From positions 44,413 through 108,412 of the forward strand of contig JAKUOA010000006.1 in assembly GCA_022451235.1 (NCBI GenBank): a DNA stretch of 64,000 nt. The letters are read 5' to 3'. The position numbers and the translations under genes are program-made. This stretch comes from Candidatus Thalassarchaeum sp. (GTDB taxonomy: Archaea > Thermoplasmatota > Poseidoniia > Poseidoniales > Thalassarchaeaceae). Positions 41,729-51,918 of the stretch are shown here, one piece after another; the first letter of the stretch is position 1, and each line of letters opens with the position of its first letter. The notes below the pieces were generated by a model, which worked only from the letters and a program-made list of their open reading frames with translations, did not search any database and was not told the origin of the DNA.

Positions 41729-44700
41729 TCAGCGCCTCCGAGTTCTAATTGGGCGGACGTATCCGGACTCCTTGTTCCTTCGCTCGTCAACCGTCAGATA
41801 CTTCGGTTGTGGGGGTGGATTGTGTTGATCCATACCTGGTAGCCCGCCTTCCGCTTCTACTTCCTGAACATCGTAGGTATCAAGCATTTCCTCGGCATCA
41901 ATCTCCTCTTCATCTTTCTGCCTCATAACTAGCCAGCCGAGCAGCATTACCATGGCGACGAGTGCTAGGAGGCCACCGCTCTCTTTGTTTGGAACGAAGT
42001 CCTTCCAAGTCAATTCATCCCAAGACTTCTGTCGATCTTCTTCTTCGGCAGAAAGTACACTGATAATATAGTCCTCTGAAGTGCATACACCAACTCCGTC
42101 ACATACCTGTAAAACAAGACGAATTTCACCGGTTTCGCCCCAAGTCATATTGCCCCAAAGGAAGTCGTTTCTAGGGTCACCATCTTGATCTACATCGTTC
42201 AATGCATTGAGGTCCCAATAGACACTAAGTTCACTGGTCAAACTTGTGTCCTTATCATTTGTAGAGACTCCATCGCCATCACTATCCTCATCAGCATTTA
42301 CATCTAGCCATGCTTCTAATCCCTCAATCAAATCAATGTCATAAGCACTATGGTTCAGAATAACTAAGTCACCTTCGTTGACATAATCTGAATCAATCGG
42401 GTCTATTGGATCTATTTCCGGTGCTCTTGAGACGTGTACTGTAATGGAGGTAGTATTGGTATCTCCTCCTTCGAATCCATCAACAACAGTCAGAGTTACT
42501 ACGTAGGTTCCGGGGCGGTCCCAAGAGTGCCAAACCACGGGTCCTTCGACTTGTGGAGTTGCGTCACCAAAGTCCCAAATCCATCTTGTTATTCCATTCC
42601 ATTCAGAGTTCTCAGGATCTGTGGAGTCCCTTCCAACAAATTTCGGGTCAGAATCATAACTTTCTGAACCATCAAATTTCAGGGGGCAATTTGGAGCGAT
42701 AAATGCACCTCCGTCGGCGGCAAATGGAACCCACCAAGTAACATCTTCATCTGAGCTAGGGATTGAATTAAGTGCGCTTCCATTAATACTTGGTTGTAAA
42801 AATTCAACCATGGGGACAGGAATAGGATTGGCGATTCTGACCTGGTATGATTTGGTGGCAGATTCAGCGCCTCTTTCATCAATAACAGTCAACGAAATAG
42901 TATACAACCCAGGCTCTGTGAAACTATGATATACTGTAGATGTGTTTTCTATTTCTTCATCCATTCCAGTGATGTTCCATCGAGTTTGTAACAATGACGT
43001 ATCCCCATCAGGATCGAAGGATAAACTCTCGAACAAATACTCGGTTTCAACAGTGCCATCAGAAGGACTAGCAAATACTGCCACAGGCCTCTGATTCAAC
43101 ACTCTAACAACTATGCTTGCAGAAGATACATTGCCATCGTCATCAGTTACCTCTAAAGTGACAGTTTTGAGACCTGGAGTATTCCATCCAACGGTTGGAT
43201 TTTGGTTTACTGAAGTAGTTCCTGAAAAGTCGGAGGTCAGTGATATTCCTTGGCTTGAGAAATTAACACCGGATTCAAACTCCCATCGATATTCAACAAT
43301 TATTCCGTCATCATCAGTAAATATATCTGGTAATGTCAGAGGTGTTAGGGTGTAAGTTTGAAGTTCGTAATCGAAAATTTGCCGAGGTAGCCTATTCAAT
43401 ACTCTAACGTATACCTGATGTTCCACAATGAATGTTCCATCATTGATTGTAAGGGTCAAGGTGTAAACAGTCCCATCTGCACTCCCATCGACGTATGCAT
43501 GACTAGCTTCTACTAGACCGAGTCCACCTTCATCGCTTCCATCACCCCAATTCCAAGTAAAGTCTATTTCTTCATGTGGGACATTATCTACGGTACTTCT
43601 TGCAGAGAACAATACCCTCTGGTTTGTCAATAAGACTATTTCATCAGTTATTGTTACTCCATCTACTCTAATCTCGGGAATAGGCTCCGTAGTGTCTGCA
43701 ACATTTACCGTCCAATATTGGATTTCAGAGTAGAATCCTCCAATGTCTTCAACGGTGAGTGCTACGGTGTAGTTTCCAGGCTCCTCGTAGATGTGAACAG
43801 GATTCTTTAGCCCTGATGTAGCATTGTCTCCCAAGTTCCAATTGTATGCTATTGGTGTCTCATTGTGACCGTATGAACCATTCATTAGTCCGAACCCCCA
43901 TACATCGTATCCTCCGCCGAATAGGCTGACTGGTAACCAAGTCTGAGTAATTGAGGTTGAAGTCGACCCACTTGCAACCGGTTTCAAGTTTCCAAGTTGT
44001 ATTGGTAGCGTAAATGCGGTATCGGTAACTTCGCCACTAATATCTCGAATGTCAACTCCAAATGTCCAATCGCCAGTATATGGTGGGGTAAACCAAATGG
44101 TTTCCTCAGTAGGAATGCTGTTCCCTGCAGTCATTGAGAAAGTAATGGAATCAGTAAGCGTGTTGTTCACGAATGCCTCAAAGGTGACTTCGATAATTTC
44201 AAAGAAAGCATTGGATGTAACTTGTAACTCAATTTCCACACTATCGTCTAAGTTATCTTCGTCACGATCGAACGTAGTGACCGAGATTATGTCAACTTCA
44301 GCAGGGTCGGTAATTATGCCTGCTTGAACAACGATATCTGTGGTTGGATAAGAGCCAGTAGTTATTCCACAACTAGCAAAATTGTAATCGCAATCAGTTA
44401 CCTGAGATTCATACCAAGCAATTACCCAAACTTCGTCGGTGGTATTTCCAAATCCATGTACAAGACCGGTTCCTGCACCCGTAGCCGAGTCAATTCTCAA
44501 TCTATTCATTGTCCAAGTTCCAGTAGCGGAATCTTTTGCCATAACGGTTCCAGCGACGCCAAATTGAGTTGGTTGAACCATCAGATTGAGTGGCGCCCCT
44601 GTTCCACCTGAGAATTTGTAGGCCCGCATTCCCCAACCTTCAAGCTCCTGTGTGGGACTAGTCCAAGTCGATTGCCACTCATCGCGGTAGCCACTCATCT

Positions 44701-45835
44701 GGACTTTGCAAATGTATCCAGTAACGCATCCTGCAGTCATTGCAATATTGGAAAATCCAAATGCGCCTTGCGCACTATCTAGAGCCACAGCAGCGGTGAA
44801 ATTTGCGAAAATATCAGACATTGTCGTTCCTATTGCAGTTGAACCTGGTTCTGGATTTCGAGCCAAGTTTTCCACCCCGGCTCCACCTGTTGCAGTATCA
44901 GAAACCAATCGAGAGATCGCGGTGCCACCACCGAGCTTGTCTGCTAGGTACATTACAAACATGAAGCCACCACCGTAATCTGCGATTCTTTGATTCCACC
45001 ACCTCACACTCATGTTGGAATTCTGAGACCATTCGTTTGCATGACCAGACAACGTACTAGTAACGCCAAAGCAAAGGTAGGCCGCCATATCCGCGGCTCC
45101 CTCATCTAACCAGATGTATTCGTATGGGTCTCTGGCATTGTGTAGAAGGTGTTCTAATTCGTGAGCAAGTATCGTATTTCTCCAGCTCATATCGCCAGAG
45201 TCAATGAATAGGATTTCTCGCTGACTTGCAATATTGGGGTCAAAGTATCCTCCAATACCCCCTCCGCCATCGATTTGGAAAATTAAAATTTCAATTTGAC
45301 AATTGTTGTCTACATCAGGTGGATTACCAAAGTATGTCGTATCTGTTGGGTAGATGGTCGATTCCCATGTTGAGGTGATGTCATTTAGAGTAGTGGATGA
45401 AATCACCACATCATCCTCGACGAATATAGCCGAATTTGTTGAAATTTTCCTCACTGTTGCACTCACTGAACCACTTGAGGTAGAGAATGTGTCAGTGTCA
45501 TCAACTGACCATGCATTTTCGCAAGATCGGCTACTCGATCGCATGTTTTGGTAAGTTGGTGAAAATGGTTCAATCAAGTTAGGATAGTCGTTCTCAATCC
45601 ATTGCTTTTTGAGATAGCCAAATGCGGAGAAAACGGGGTTGTCTGGGTCATTGTAAATGTAGGCATGACCATCGTTTGCCGGGTCGAAATCACTCAAGTC
45701 ACCTGCTACAACCTGAATTTCTTCGTCAGTCGAGTCGTCACTTGCACTAACCAATGGTAGCATTATCGAAGCTAGCATAAGCCAAACTAACAACAACGTA
45801 GTTGTTGATTTACTTGAACTACTGAAAGTCCTCAC
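41729..45835 (-). CDS. Surface zinc metallopeptidase (HExxH, M30/gluzincin-like) with multiple PKD domains and C-terminal TM
   Basis: Signal peptide; TILAHELEH...WLDEGAAD; repeated WNLGD/WNWGDG/WDFGD..PG.Y.V.LTV PKD motifs. Confidence 0.85.
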   Translation of the reverse strand: MRTFSSSSKSTTTLLLVWLMLASIMLPLVSASDDSTDEEIQVVAGDLSDFDPANDGHAYIYNDPDNPVFSAFGYLKKQWIENDYPNLIEPFSPTYQNMRSSSRSCENAWSVDDTDTFSTSSGSVSATVRKISTNSAIFVEDDVVISSTTLNDITSTWESTIYPTDTTYFGNPPDVDNNCQIEILIFQIDGGGGIGGYFDPNIASQREILFIDSGDMSWRNTILAHELEHLLHNARDPYEYIWLDEGAADMAAYLCFGVTSTLSGHANEWSQNSNMSVRWWNQRIADYGGGFMFVMYLADKLGGGTAISRLVSDTATGGAGVENLARNPEPGSTAIGTTMSDIFANFTAAVALDSAQGAFGFSNIAMTAGCVTGYICKVQMSGYRDEWQSTWTSPTQELEGWGMRAYKFSGGTGAPLNLMVQPTQFGVAGTVMAKDSATGTWTMNRLRIDSATGAGTGLVHGFGNTTDEVWVIAWYESQVTDCDYNFASCGITTGSYPTTDIVVQAGIITDPAEVDIISVTTFDRDEDNLDDSVEIELQVTSNAFFEIIEVTFEAFVNNTLTDSITFSMTAGNSIPTEETIWFTPPYTGDWTFGVDIRDISGEVTDTAFTLPIQLGNLKPVASGSTSTSITQTWLPVSLFGGGYDVWGFGLMNGSYGHNETPIAYNWNLGDNATSGLKNPVHIYEEPGNYTVALTVEDIGGFYSEIQYWTVNVADTTEPIPEIRVDGVTITDEIVLLTNQRVLFSARSTVDNVPHEEIDFTWNWGDGSDEGGLGLVEASHAYVDGSADGTVYTLTLTINDGTFIVEHQVYVRVLNRLPRQIFDYELQTYTLTPLTLPDIFTDDDGIIVEYRWEFESGVNFSSQGISLTSDFSGTTSVNQNPTVGWNTPGLKTVTLEVTDDDGNVSSASIVVRVLNQRPVAVFASPSDGTVETEYLFESLSFDPDGDTSLLQTRWNITGMDEEIENTSTVYHSFTEPGLYTISLTVIDERGAESATKSYQVRIANPIPVPMVEFLQPSINGSALNSIPSSDEDVTWWVPFAADGGAFIAPNCPLKFDGSESYDSDPKFVGRDSTDPENSEWNGITRWIWDFGDATPQVEGPVVWHSWDRPGTYVVTLTVVDGFEGGDTNTTSITVHVSRAPEIDPIDPIDSDYVNEGDLVILNHSAYDIDLIEGLEAWLDVNADEDSDGDGVSTNDKDTSLTSELSVYWDLNALNDVDQDGDPRNDFLWGNMTWGETGEIRLVLQVCDGVGVCTSEDYIISVLSAEEEDRQKSWDELTWKDFVPNKESGGLLALVAMVMLLGWLVMRQKDEEEIDAEEMLDTYDVQEVEAEGGLPGMDQHNPPPQPKYLTVDERRNKESGYVRPIRTRRR

Positions 45836-45894
45836 TCACACTCACCTCAGCAATAAGACAGGTTCAAGCCCCTCTTCTACCCGCTATAACATCG

Positions 45895-46959
45895 ATGGAG
45901 CATCGTTCGGACGCCCCCGGCCCAAAGGGCCGTGCCTTCAGTAATAGGGGGGAATATGGAACCCGAACCTCAGTACTAGTCATATTCTGTATTTTTTTAT
46001 CAGTATTTTCTCCCGTTTCGAGTGTAGTTTCTCAGACTTCAGAAGTATGGCAAGTTGTAGTTATTGAACCAGAATTAATCGGTCAAGTCCCCCATGATGA
46101 ATCAGCCTTTACTCAAGGCTTGGAAATCCACTCTGGAAAATTCTATGAAAGTACTGGACTATACGGTGAATCTAGCGTTAGAATAGTCAATATGGAAACG
46201 GGTCAAATTGAGACTCAGTACAACCTTTCTGATGATTATTTTGCTGAGGGATTAACAATTTGGAATAATTCGATAATCCAACTTACATGGAAAGAAAATA
46301 TAGCATTTATTTACGACACTGATTCATTGCAGCAAATTGGTAATTTTTCTTATCAGGGAGAGGGCTGGGGGGTCTGTAATTTTGATGAATCAGGATTATG
46401 GTTTTCAGATGGTTCAGGCCACCTAAAATATTCCAATAATTCAACAGTTTCATTCACCAATTCATTGGAGGTTTTAGTGGGTGGGGGACCAAGCGAGCGT
46501 TGGAATGAATTGGAGTGTATCGATACTAACGAACACATACTCGCGAACAAGTGGTTTGACGACTCGATTTATTTGATTCAAATCTCAAATGGCTATGTCT
46601 GTCAGAAGGTAGATTTTAGTTCGATTCGAGAAGAATTTGAGTCAGAATCTTCCGGGGTATTGAATGGAATTGCCCAAGATCCAGAAACCGGCAATTATTG
46701 GGTTACTGGCAAAAACTGGTCGAATTATTATGAGGTAAAAATTGACTTTTCAAACCTGTCAACCAATTGCCAAATTAACTCCTCCAGCGTCCCTCCCGTC
46801 GATTGTCTAGATTGTGAGGAAGAAAACCAAATCGGGATAGTGTACGCAACGATTTTATTAGCACTAATTTGGCTCACATATACGTCAATATCAAAGCGGC
46901 AAACTGAGAAGCCGCCGATTATCAGCAAGGACGAGCAGGAGGGTGGCGAGGATGTCTGA
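45895..46959 (+). CDS. Glutaminyl-peptide cyclotransferase (plant/bacterial type) with C-terminal TM; start uncertain
   Basis: PHD..AFTQGL, YESTGLYG, FAEGLT, QLTWK, EGWG, NELE, VLNGIA, TGKNW. Confidence 0.9.
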   Translation: MEHRSDAPGPKGRAFSNRGEYGTRTSVLVIFCIFLSVFSPVSSVVSQTSEVWQVVVIEPELIGQVPHDESAFTQGLEIHSGKFYESTGLYGESSVRIVNMETGQIETQYNLSDDYFAEGLTIWNNSIIQLTWKENIAFIYDTDSLQQIGNFSYQGEGWGVCNFDESGLWFSDGSGHLKYSNNSTVSFTNSLEVLVGGGPSERWNELECIDTNEHILANKWFDDSIYLIQISNGYVCQKVDFSSIREEFESESSGVLNGIAQDPETGNYWVTGKNWSNYYEVKIDFSNLSTNCQINSSSVPPVDCLDCEEENQIGIVYATILLALIWLTYTSISKRQTEKPPIISKDEQEGGEDV

Positions 46960-47689
46960 CGATGATGAATCTAGGAGAACTCGCTTTGAGTGGTGGCTTG
47001 AAGATCTCTCCACCGATCCCGCCACAAGAGTTGCCGGCGCAGTATTGATAATCTTTGGAAGTATACTTGGGGTTCTGACCGGTAGCCTGCACATTAGTGC
47101 CGATATCGGAGATGTGCTAAGCGGTCAACTCGACGATTCAGGACAGAAGGCAGATGTCAACGGAGCGGTCTTTGCCGCTCTTATCAACAACTCTTCTGGA
47201 GCAGAGGGGATGGAAGATGTTACGGTAATTCTCTATGATGATGAAAATCTCGAAATTGGCCGCGATATCACAGATTCTGGTGGCCGATTTTTTATCCTAG
47301 ATGTGCCAAGAAAATCTTCAATAATTGTGGTCGAACATCCTGAACATATCACTCAACGAATTCTATTGATTCCAGGAGATCATACTCAAATCATTGTCAC
47401 TCTGACCGAAGGAAATGGGCTTCAGGAAACTGACATGCGCGGGGAGAGTTTCCTTAGTGAGTCTGTTCTAATTGCATCAATAATAGGTGCAGTAACTCTG
47501 CTTGCAGGAATTGCAGGTATTTTCGGTGGGATTGAAGCTTACAATGGCAAGAGTCACTTTCGTACTCAATTTCTATCTTATCTTGGCCTTTGGAGTCAAG
47601 GATTGATGTTCATAGGTCCTCTATTCATTTTGATGGGTATGGGTCTCAGTTATCTGAGTCGAAAACAGTTTGGTTTACTGGAGGGTTAA
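46952..47689 (+). CDS. Membrane protein with carboxypeptidase-regulatory/prealbumin-like domain
   Basis: TM, then 'EDVTVILYD...TDSGGRFFILDVP', then 2-3 TM. Confidence 0.7.
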   Translation: MSDDDESRRTRFEWWLEDLSTDPATRVAGAVLIIFGSILGVLTGSLHISADIGDVLSGQLDDSGQKADVNGAVFAALINNSSGAEGMEDVTVILYDDENLEIGRDITDSGGRFFILDVPRKSSIIVVEHPEHITQRILLIPGDHTQIIVTLTEGNGLQETDMRGESFLSESVLIASIIGAVTLLAGIAGIFGGIEAYNGKSHFRTQFLSYLGLWSQGLMFIGPLFILMGMGLSYLSRKQFGLLEG

Positions 47690-47690
47690 C

Positions 47691-49031
47691 TTGTATCTAA
47701 TCACCATCGAAGGAGGTGATGGCTCCGGTAAAGGCCTAGCAACCAAGGTTGTTGCTGAGGTACTGACAAAGGAATTTTGTTTCACATCGGTTGAGGTAAC
47801 AGGAGAGCCTCGTCGAGATCATCCATTGGGTAGACTCGCCATAGATTCCGTTAGACAGAATACACATACTCCCGAGGAAGAAGCGGGCTTCTTTGCAGCA
47901 GATAGAGTAGACCATTCTCACGGCTGGATACTTCCACGGCTCGAAGAAGGTAGAATTGTTGTGAGTGAAAGGAATGTCCATTCTTCATTAGTATACCAGG
48001 GTATTGTTGGTTCACTAGGAGTTGAGAGGGTAGCTCAAATTAATTCTGCTGCACTAATCCCTGATCTTTGCATATGGGTCGATTGCGACCCTGTGATAGC
48101 GATGAAGAGGATACAATCAGGGACACTTAGAATGATGTCTGATAAAGCTGAATACTTCGAGACAACAGAATTGCAAAAAGCTATTCGAGCAGGATATGAA
48201 TCGTTACTTTCTGGTGATATTGAGATGCCAACTCCATTCGACATGGGAGCCATAATTGGGCCGGTATCAAACGAAACTACTGAGAGGGAGTTTCGACGTA
48301 AATTATCACTACATGTGAGAAAGTTCCTCCACTCACGTCCAACTCCCGTTAACGTTGATACAGAAGGTATTGAACGATTTATGCTCAAACGCCTAATCAA
48401 ATCCACAAAAGGGCAAACGGTACTAGACGGATTGGGTGTAGAGCCGGCTAGGAATCTAAACGATTGGTTAGATGGTAAAGCACCGTGGCGTGTGTTAAGA
48501 GAAGCACAAGAGGAGCATAATAGAGCTCTTGATGAGATATCAGAAGATGAGAGGGTTGACGTACCCAAGTCTGTTTTGGCTCATTCTCTATCTGCTATCT
48601 GTGGAACCTTGGCTTTGCTTCCCTCTGCAGATGTCAATGAGCTGCGTGAAGCCCAAGGCCCCGTTAGGGCGGTTTCTGATTCTCACTCCCACAAGGTTTT
48701 GCGCTTCCTTGCAGATAAGAGCAAATGGGTAAATCAACACAAGTCTTTGTTAGGAAGAGATGCGGCACGTAACCAATTGAGGGACGAATCACATTCTTTC
48801 GGAATACTTTCCTTAGTTCTTTGGCCACTGAGGAAGGCATTAGCAAAATGGATTGTAACAAATCCAGACACACATCCACGATTTGCAATGGGGCAAATCG
48901 TACGTTCTGGTGAATATCCCAATGCGGTTCGAGATACAATCGAGAGATTAGCGATTTTAGGAAACGGAAAATCCGACTCCTTACCACCCGCTGGAACCAG
49001 CGGATTAGTTAATTGGTGGCAAGGGAATTGA
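47691..49031 (+). CDS. tmk: Thymidylate kinase with about 230-aa C-terminal extension
   Basis: ITIEGGDGSGK, EP, FFAADRVDH, VSER...SSLVYQG, PDL; TTG start after GGAGG. Confidence 0.85.
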   Translation: MYLITIEGGDGSGKGLATKVVAEVLTKEFCFTSVEVTGEPRRDHPLGRLAIDSVRQNTHTPEEEAGFFAADRVDHSHGWILPRLEEGRIVVSERNVHSSLVYQGIVGSLGVERVAQINSAALIPDLCIWVDCDPVIAMKRIQSGTLRMMSDKAEYFETTELQKAIRAGYESLLSGDIEMPTPFDMGAIIGPVSNETTEREFRRKLSLHVRKFLHSRPTPVNVDTEGIERFMLKRLIKSTKGQTVLDGLGVEPARNLNDWLDGKAPWRVLREAQEEHNRALDEISEDERVDVPKSVLAHSLSAICGTLALLPSADVNELREAQGPVRAVSDSHSHKVLRFLADKSKWVNQHKSLLGRDAARNQLRDESHSFGILSLVLWPLRKALAKWIVTNPDTHPRFAMGQIVRSGEYPNAVRDTIERLAILGNGKSDSLPPAGTSGLVNWWQGN

Positions 49032-49034
49032 CCA

Positions 49035-49805
49035 TCAAACCATGCGCAGTGTAGCATTTGCGGGAAGGCGAACCTCCTCTGAATTTTCGAATTCATTAGG
49101 TCTGGCAGAGAACATTGCTGAGAATATCCAACCTCCGATGAAGCCCGCTGGAAAACCAGTTAGTATCCTCATTGTATTCGTCGACTCGTATGATGTCAGT
49201 AACTGAGTAAACCCATCAATTGCCATCGGGCCGAGGCCTAAACCGATAATAACAAACATCAACATCATTCTGCGATCATCGTAGTAGAATTTCTCTATCG
49301 ATTCATCGGAGAACATTGACAGGAAGGTGTCTCGTACTGTCCATCTATTCAAGCCCCTTTGCTGCCAAATTAAACAACAAGCAACGAAGCCGAATAATAT
49401 TCCAATATCTCGTACACAGACGGCTAATTGATTGCCATTAATTTCCCATGAGCGATAATATTTCTGATGACAATTCAAATCACCAATTGCGTACACAGTT
49501 GCTGCAATTGGATTTAGATCGGTCCATGCAAATGAGCCTCCGTTTGCATCTTGATCGTGTCCAGCATGTTCGTAGTCGCTATTGTCACCATTTCCCCACG
49601 ACCATATTCCATCAATTGTTGCATAATCGAGGCGATTAGCACGACCAGAGAGGTCAGGAATTGTATCTGCAGGCATAGTTAATGGTATCAAAAATAGCAG
49701 AATAAGATAGGTTCCTGCGATTGCTGAGAAGTTACGTCCAACCTTGGATTCTCTCCTTCTATCTTTGCGCCCATTTTTCAATCGGCCTTCCTCGTTAATG
49801 GCCAT
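49035..49805 (-). CDS. DUF2085 family membrane protein
   Basis: CHQ..RS..ING.Q..VC.RD.GI, IDGFTQ...ESTN..R..TG. Confidence 0.88.
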   Translation of the reverse strand: MAINEEGRLKNGRKDRRRESKVGRNFSAIAGTYLILLFLIPLTMPADTIPDLSGRANRLDYATIDGIWSWGNGDNSDYEHAGHDQDANGGSFAWTDLNPIAATVYAIGDLNCHQKYYRSWEINGNQLAVCVRDIGILFGFVACCLIWQQRGLNRWTVRDTFLSMFSDESIEKFYYDDRRMMLMFVIIGLGLGPMAIDGFTQLLTSYESTNTMRILTGFPAGFIGGWIFSAMFSARPNEFENSEEVRLPANATLRMV

Positions 49806-49850
49806 TATATCGTCGATTAGTTCTATCGTGATGAACTTATCCGCTCCATT

Positions 49851-50621
49851 ATGGTGGAGGTCAGGGTACGTGATGCCTTCGTTATATCCGCCGTCATTGG
49901 CTTGATGGTTACAGTCATGGGTTCTATGATGGCTTTCTTCGCTACAGGGATGGATGAGGATGGAATAATCTCATCATTGAGAACAGGTTTCGTACTTGGT
50001 TTAGGAGTCGGTACTGTTGTTCTGATGTTTGCTCTGGCTAGAGTTCGAAATCATGCTGAAAAAGGCCAAGCTAGAGAAGAAGCGCGGGCCGCTGAAGTCG
50101 CAGTACTAAGAGAAGAGATGTCCCATCTCTCGGATGAAACTGATGGAGCGTGGGATGTAGGGGAACGAATTCGTCGTGAACGAGGAGTGCTAACCTTCGA
50201 CATGCATGGGCTTGATGCACCAATGGCCGCAGGTGCAACTGAGAAATTGTTAGGAATTCGTAACCGTCTACAGAGAGTTAGAATAGTAACCGGCAGAGGA
50301 GAAATTTTGCATGATAAATCTGCAGACCCAGGCATACGTCCTGCGGTATTGCAAAGATTGCGAATTGGGGCAGAAGCGGTTGATTGGCAGGTATTAGAAA
50401 AAGCCGGTTCTATCACCCTGAGGCCCATGGGTGTCGCTCCAACAAATGCCCAGAGAGGTCGCCGTTTCGCAATTTTTGTGGTGCCAATGTGCACAGTCAT
50501 GGGATTTACATTTCGGGATCTTGCAGGTTCTACTCTGGAAGAGCAAGGCCTTGCATTCGGCATTGTTGCAGGCGTACTTCTGACGGCTCTTTTATCGAGT
50601 TACAGAGATCGTTCAGGATGA
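49851..50621 (+). CDS. Membrane protein (2 TM + 2 TM) with central Smr endonuclease-like domain
   Basis: FDMHGL, RIVTGRG and RPAVLQRL match the Smr pattern; flanking hydrophobic helices. Confidence 0.75.
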   Translation: MVEVRVRDAFVISAVIGLMVTVMGSMMAFFATGMDEDGIISSLRTGFVLGLGVGTVVLMFALARVRNHAEKGQAREEARAAEVAVLREEMSHLSDETDGAWDVGERIRRERGVLTFDMHGLDAPMAAGATEKLLGIRNRLQRVRIVTGRGEILHDKSADPGIRPAVLQRLRIGAEAVDWQVLEKAGSITLRPMGVAPTNAQRGRRFAIFVVPMCTVMGFTFRDLAGSTLEEQGLAFGIVAGVLLTALLSSYRDRSG

Positions 50622-50765
50622 CTATTGTGAGTAATCAGGGACTCCTTCACAACAGGCCTCAACGACTCTCCTACACCGTGGACATTCCATATGTTGTCGC
50701 ATAGGAATCGCAGCTCCACGAAAGCCACACTCGCACAGAATTGCAGAGCAATGGTCGTAGTCCAT
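50622..50765 (-). CDS. 47-aa Cys-rich microprotein (absent from ORF track)
   Basis: MDYDHCSAILCECGFRGAAIPMRQHMECPRCRRVVEACCEGVPDYSQ*, hand-translated; fills the gap 36 nt after sufD. Confidence 0.7.
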   Translation of the reverse strand: MDYDHCSAILCECGFRGAAIPMRQHMECPRCRRVVEACCEGVPDYSQ

Positions 50766-50801
50766 GATTGATGTGAAGGTCGCTCAGCCCAAATTGATTT
50801 C

Positions 50802-51905
50802 TCAAGATTTGAGGTCCTCTAATTCATCTTGTAGATGCTCGGCTAACCAGTTGTGAAGAGCATCACTGCCCATTTCAACAAGTGTTGAATTAAGGAAGGC
50901 GGCGATTAGAGCATCCTTTGCCTCCTCAGTATCGAAGCCTCTGGATTCTAGGTAGAACATCTGGTCTTCATCTACTGGACCATTGGCTGTGCCGTGGCCA
51001 CAACCAACTACATCGTGTTCGCTAACCTCTAGTTCAGGAATTGCATCAGCCTCTGCTTTGCCAGATAATAGCAGATTGTGGAATAGTTGCCCTGCATCCG
51101 CTCCTCTTGCACCTTTTGCGACCCGGAGCATTCCGGTACCCACAGTGCGAGAATTTCCTCCACACGCTGAATGCCAATCTAGACGACTGAAGGTTTCTGG
51201 AGCATCGTGGTGAATCTCGATGTGGTGATCAAGGTGCATATCGCTAGCAGACAGAATTGAACCAAGAACGTTCAAGTGTCCGCCGGTTTCACCCATCTTG
51301 TATCTCAAATCAGCCTTCGTTCTCTCACTACCTGAACTGACTGTTCCTGCCTTCACCTGTGCATCTCGACCAATAGCGATACTGTCGACCCTTAGTAGAA
51401 TTCCAGAATCGGTGTGTCCAATTACGACATCATTGAGGATGCTTCCGTCGCCGATTCTACCAGTGCGAAGAAATCCTGTCCAAGGTGCCGCACCACTAAT
51501 TTGTGTGATTAATTCGAATTCACAATTTCTTCCAATATCCAAAGTTAAGTGGATGGCACAATTTGAGTCGCCTGTGTCGATGTCTAGAATGATTGGAGAA
51601 TTAGCAATGAAATTGTTCTCGACCCTTAAGGTATAGACCGATTCTTTTGCAGCGGCTCGGATGAAAGAGGCAGTAACCTCATCCGATTCAGGCAATACCT
51701 CGGCCCCTACAACTCCTTCTTCAACAGAGATTCCCACTAGGGCTACGCTATCATCCAAACAGCTGAGCGTGAGTTTAGGTGAGGCTGCAATTGGAATTTC
51801 ATTTAAATCACCACTTGGGTGGACTCTTTTCCAAGGGGTATAACGCCAAAGATGGTCTGCTCTGTCAGGCTCGTCTAACGACTTATACAGGCTCGCAGCG
51901 TCCAT
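50802..51905 (-). CDS. sufD: Fe-S assembly protein SufD
   Basis: WRYT, NLLLS..AEADAIPELE...CGHG...DEDQMFYLESRG. Confidence 0.88.
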   Translation of the reverse strand: MDAASLYKSLDEPDRADHLWRYTPWKRVHPSGDLNEIPIAASPKLTLSCLDDSVALVGISVEEGVVGAEVLPESDEVTASFIRAAAKESVYTLRVENNFIANSPIILDIDTGDSNCAIHLTLDIGRNCEFELITQISGAAPWTGFLRTGRIGDGSILNDVVIGHTDSGILLRVDSIAIGRDAQVKAGTVSSGSERTKADLRYKMGETGGHLNVLGSILSASDMHLDHHIEIHHDAPETFSRLDWHSACGGNSRTVGTGMLRVAKGARGADAGQLFHNLLLSGKAEADAIPELEVSEHDVVGCGHGTANGPVDEDQMFYLESRGFDTEEAKDALIAAFLNSTLVEMGSDALHNWLAEHLQDELEDLKS

Positions 51906-51918
51906 ATCATCACCCAAG

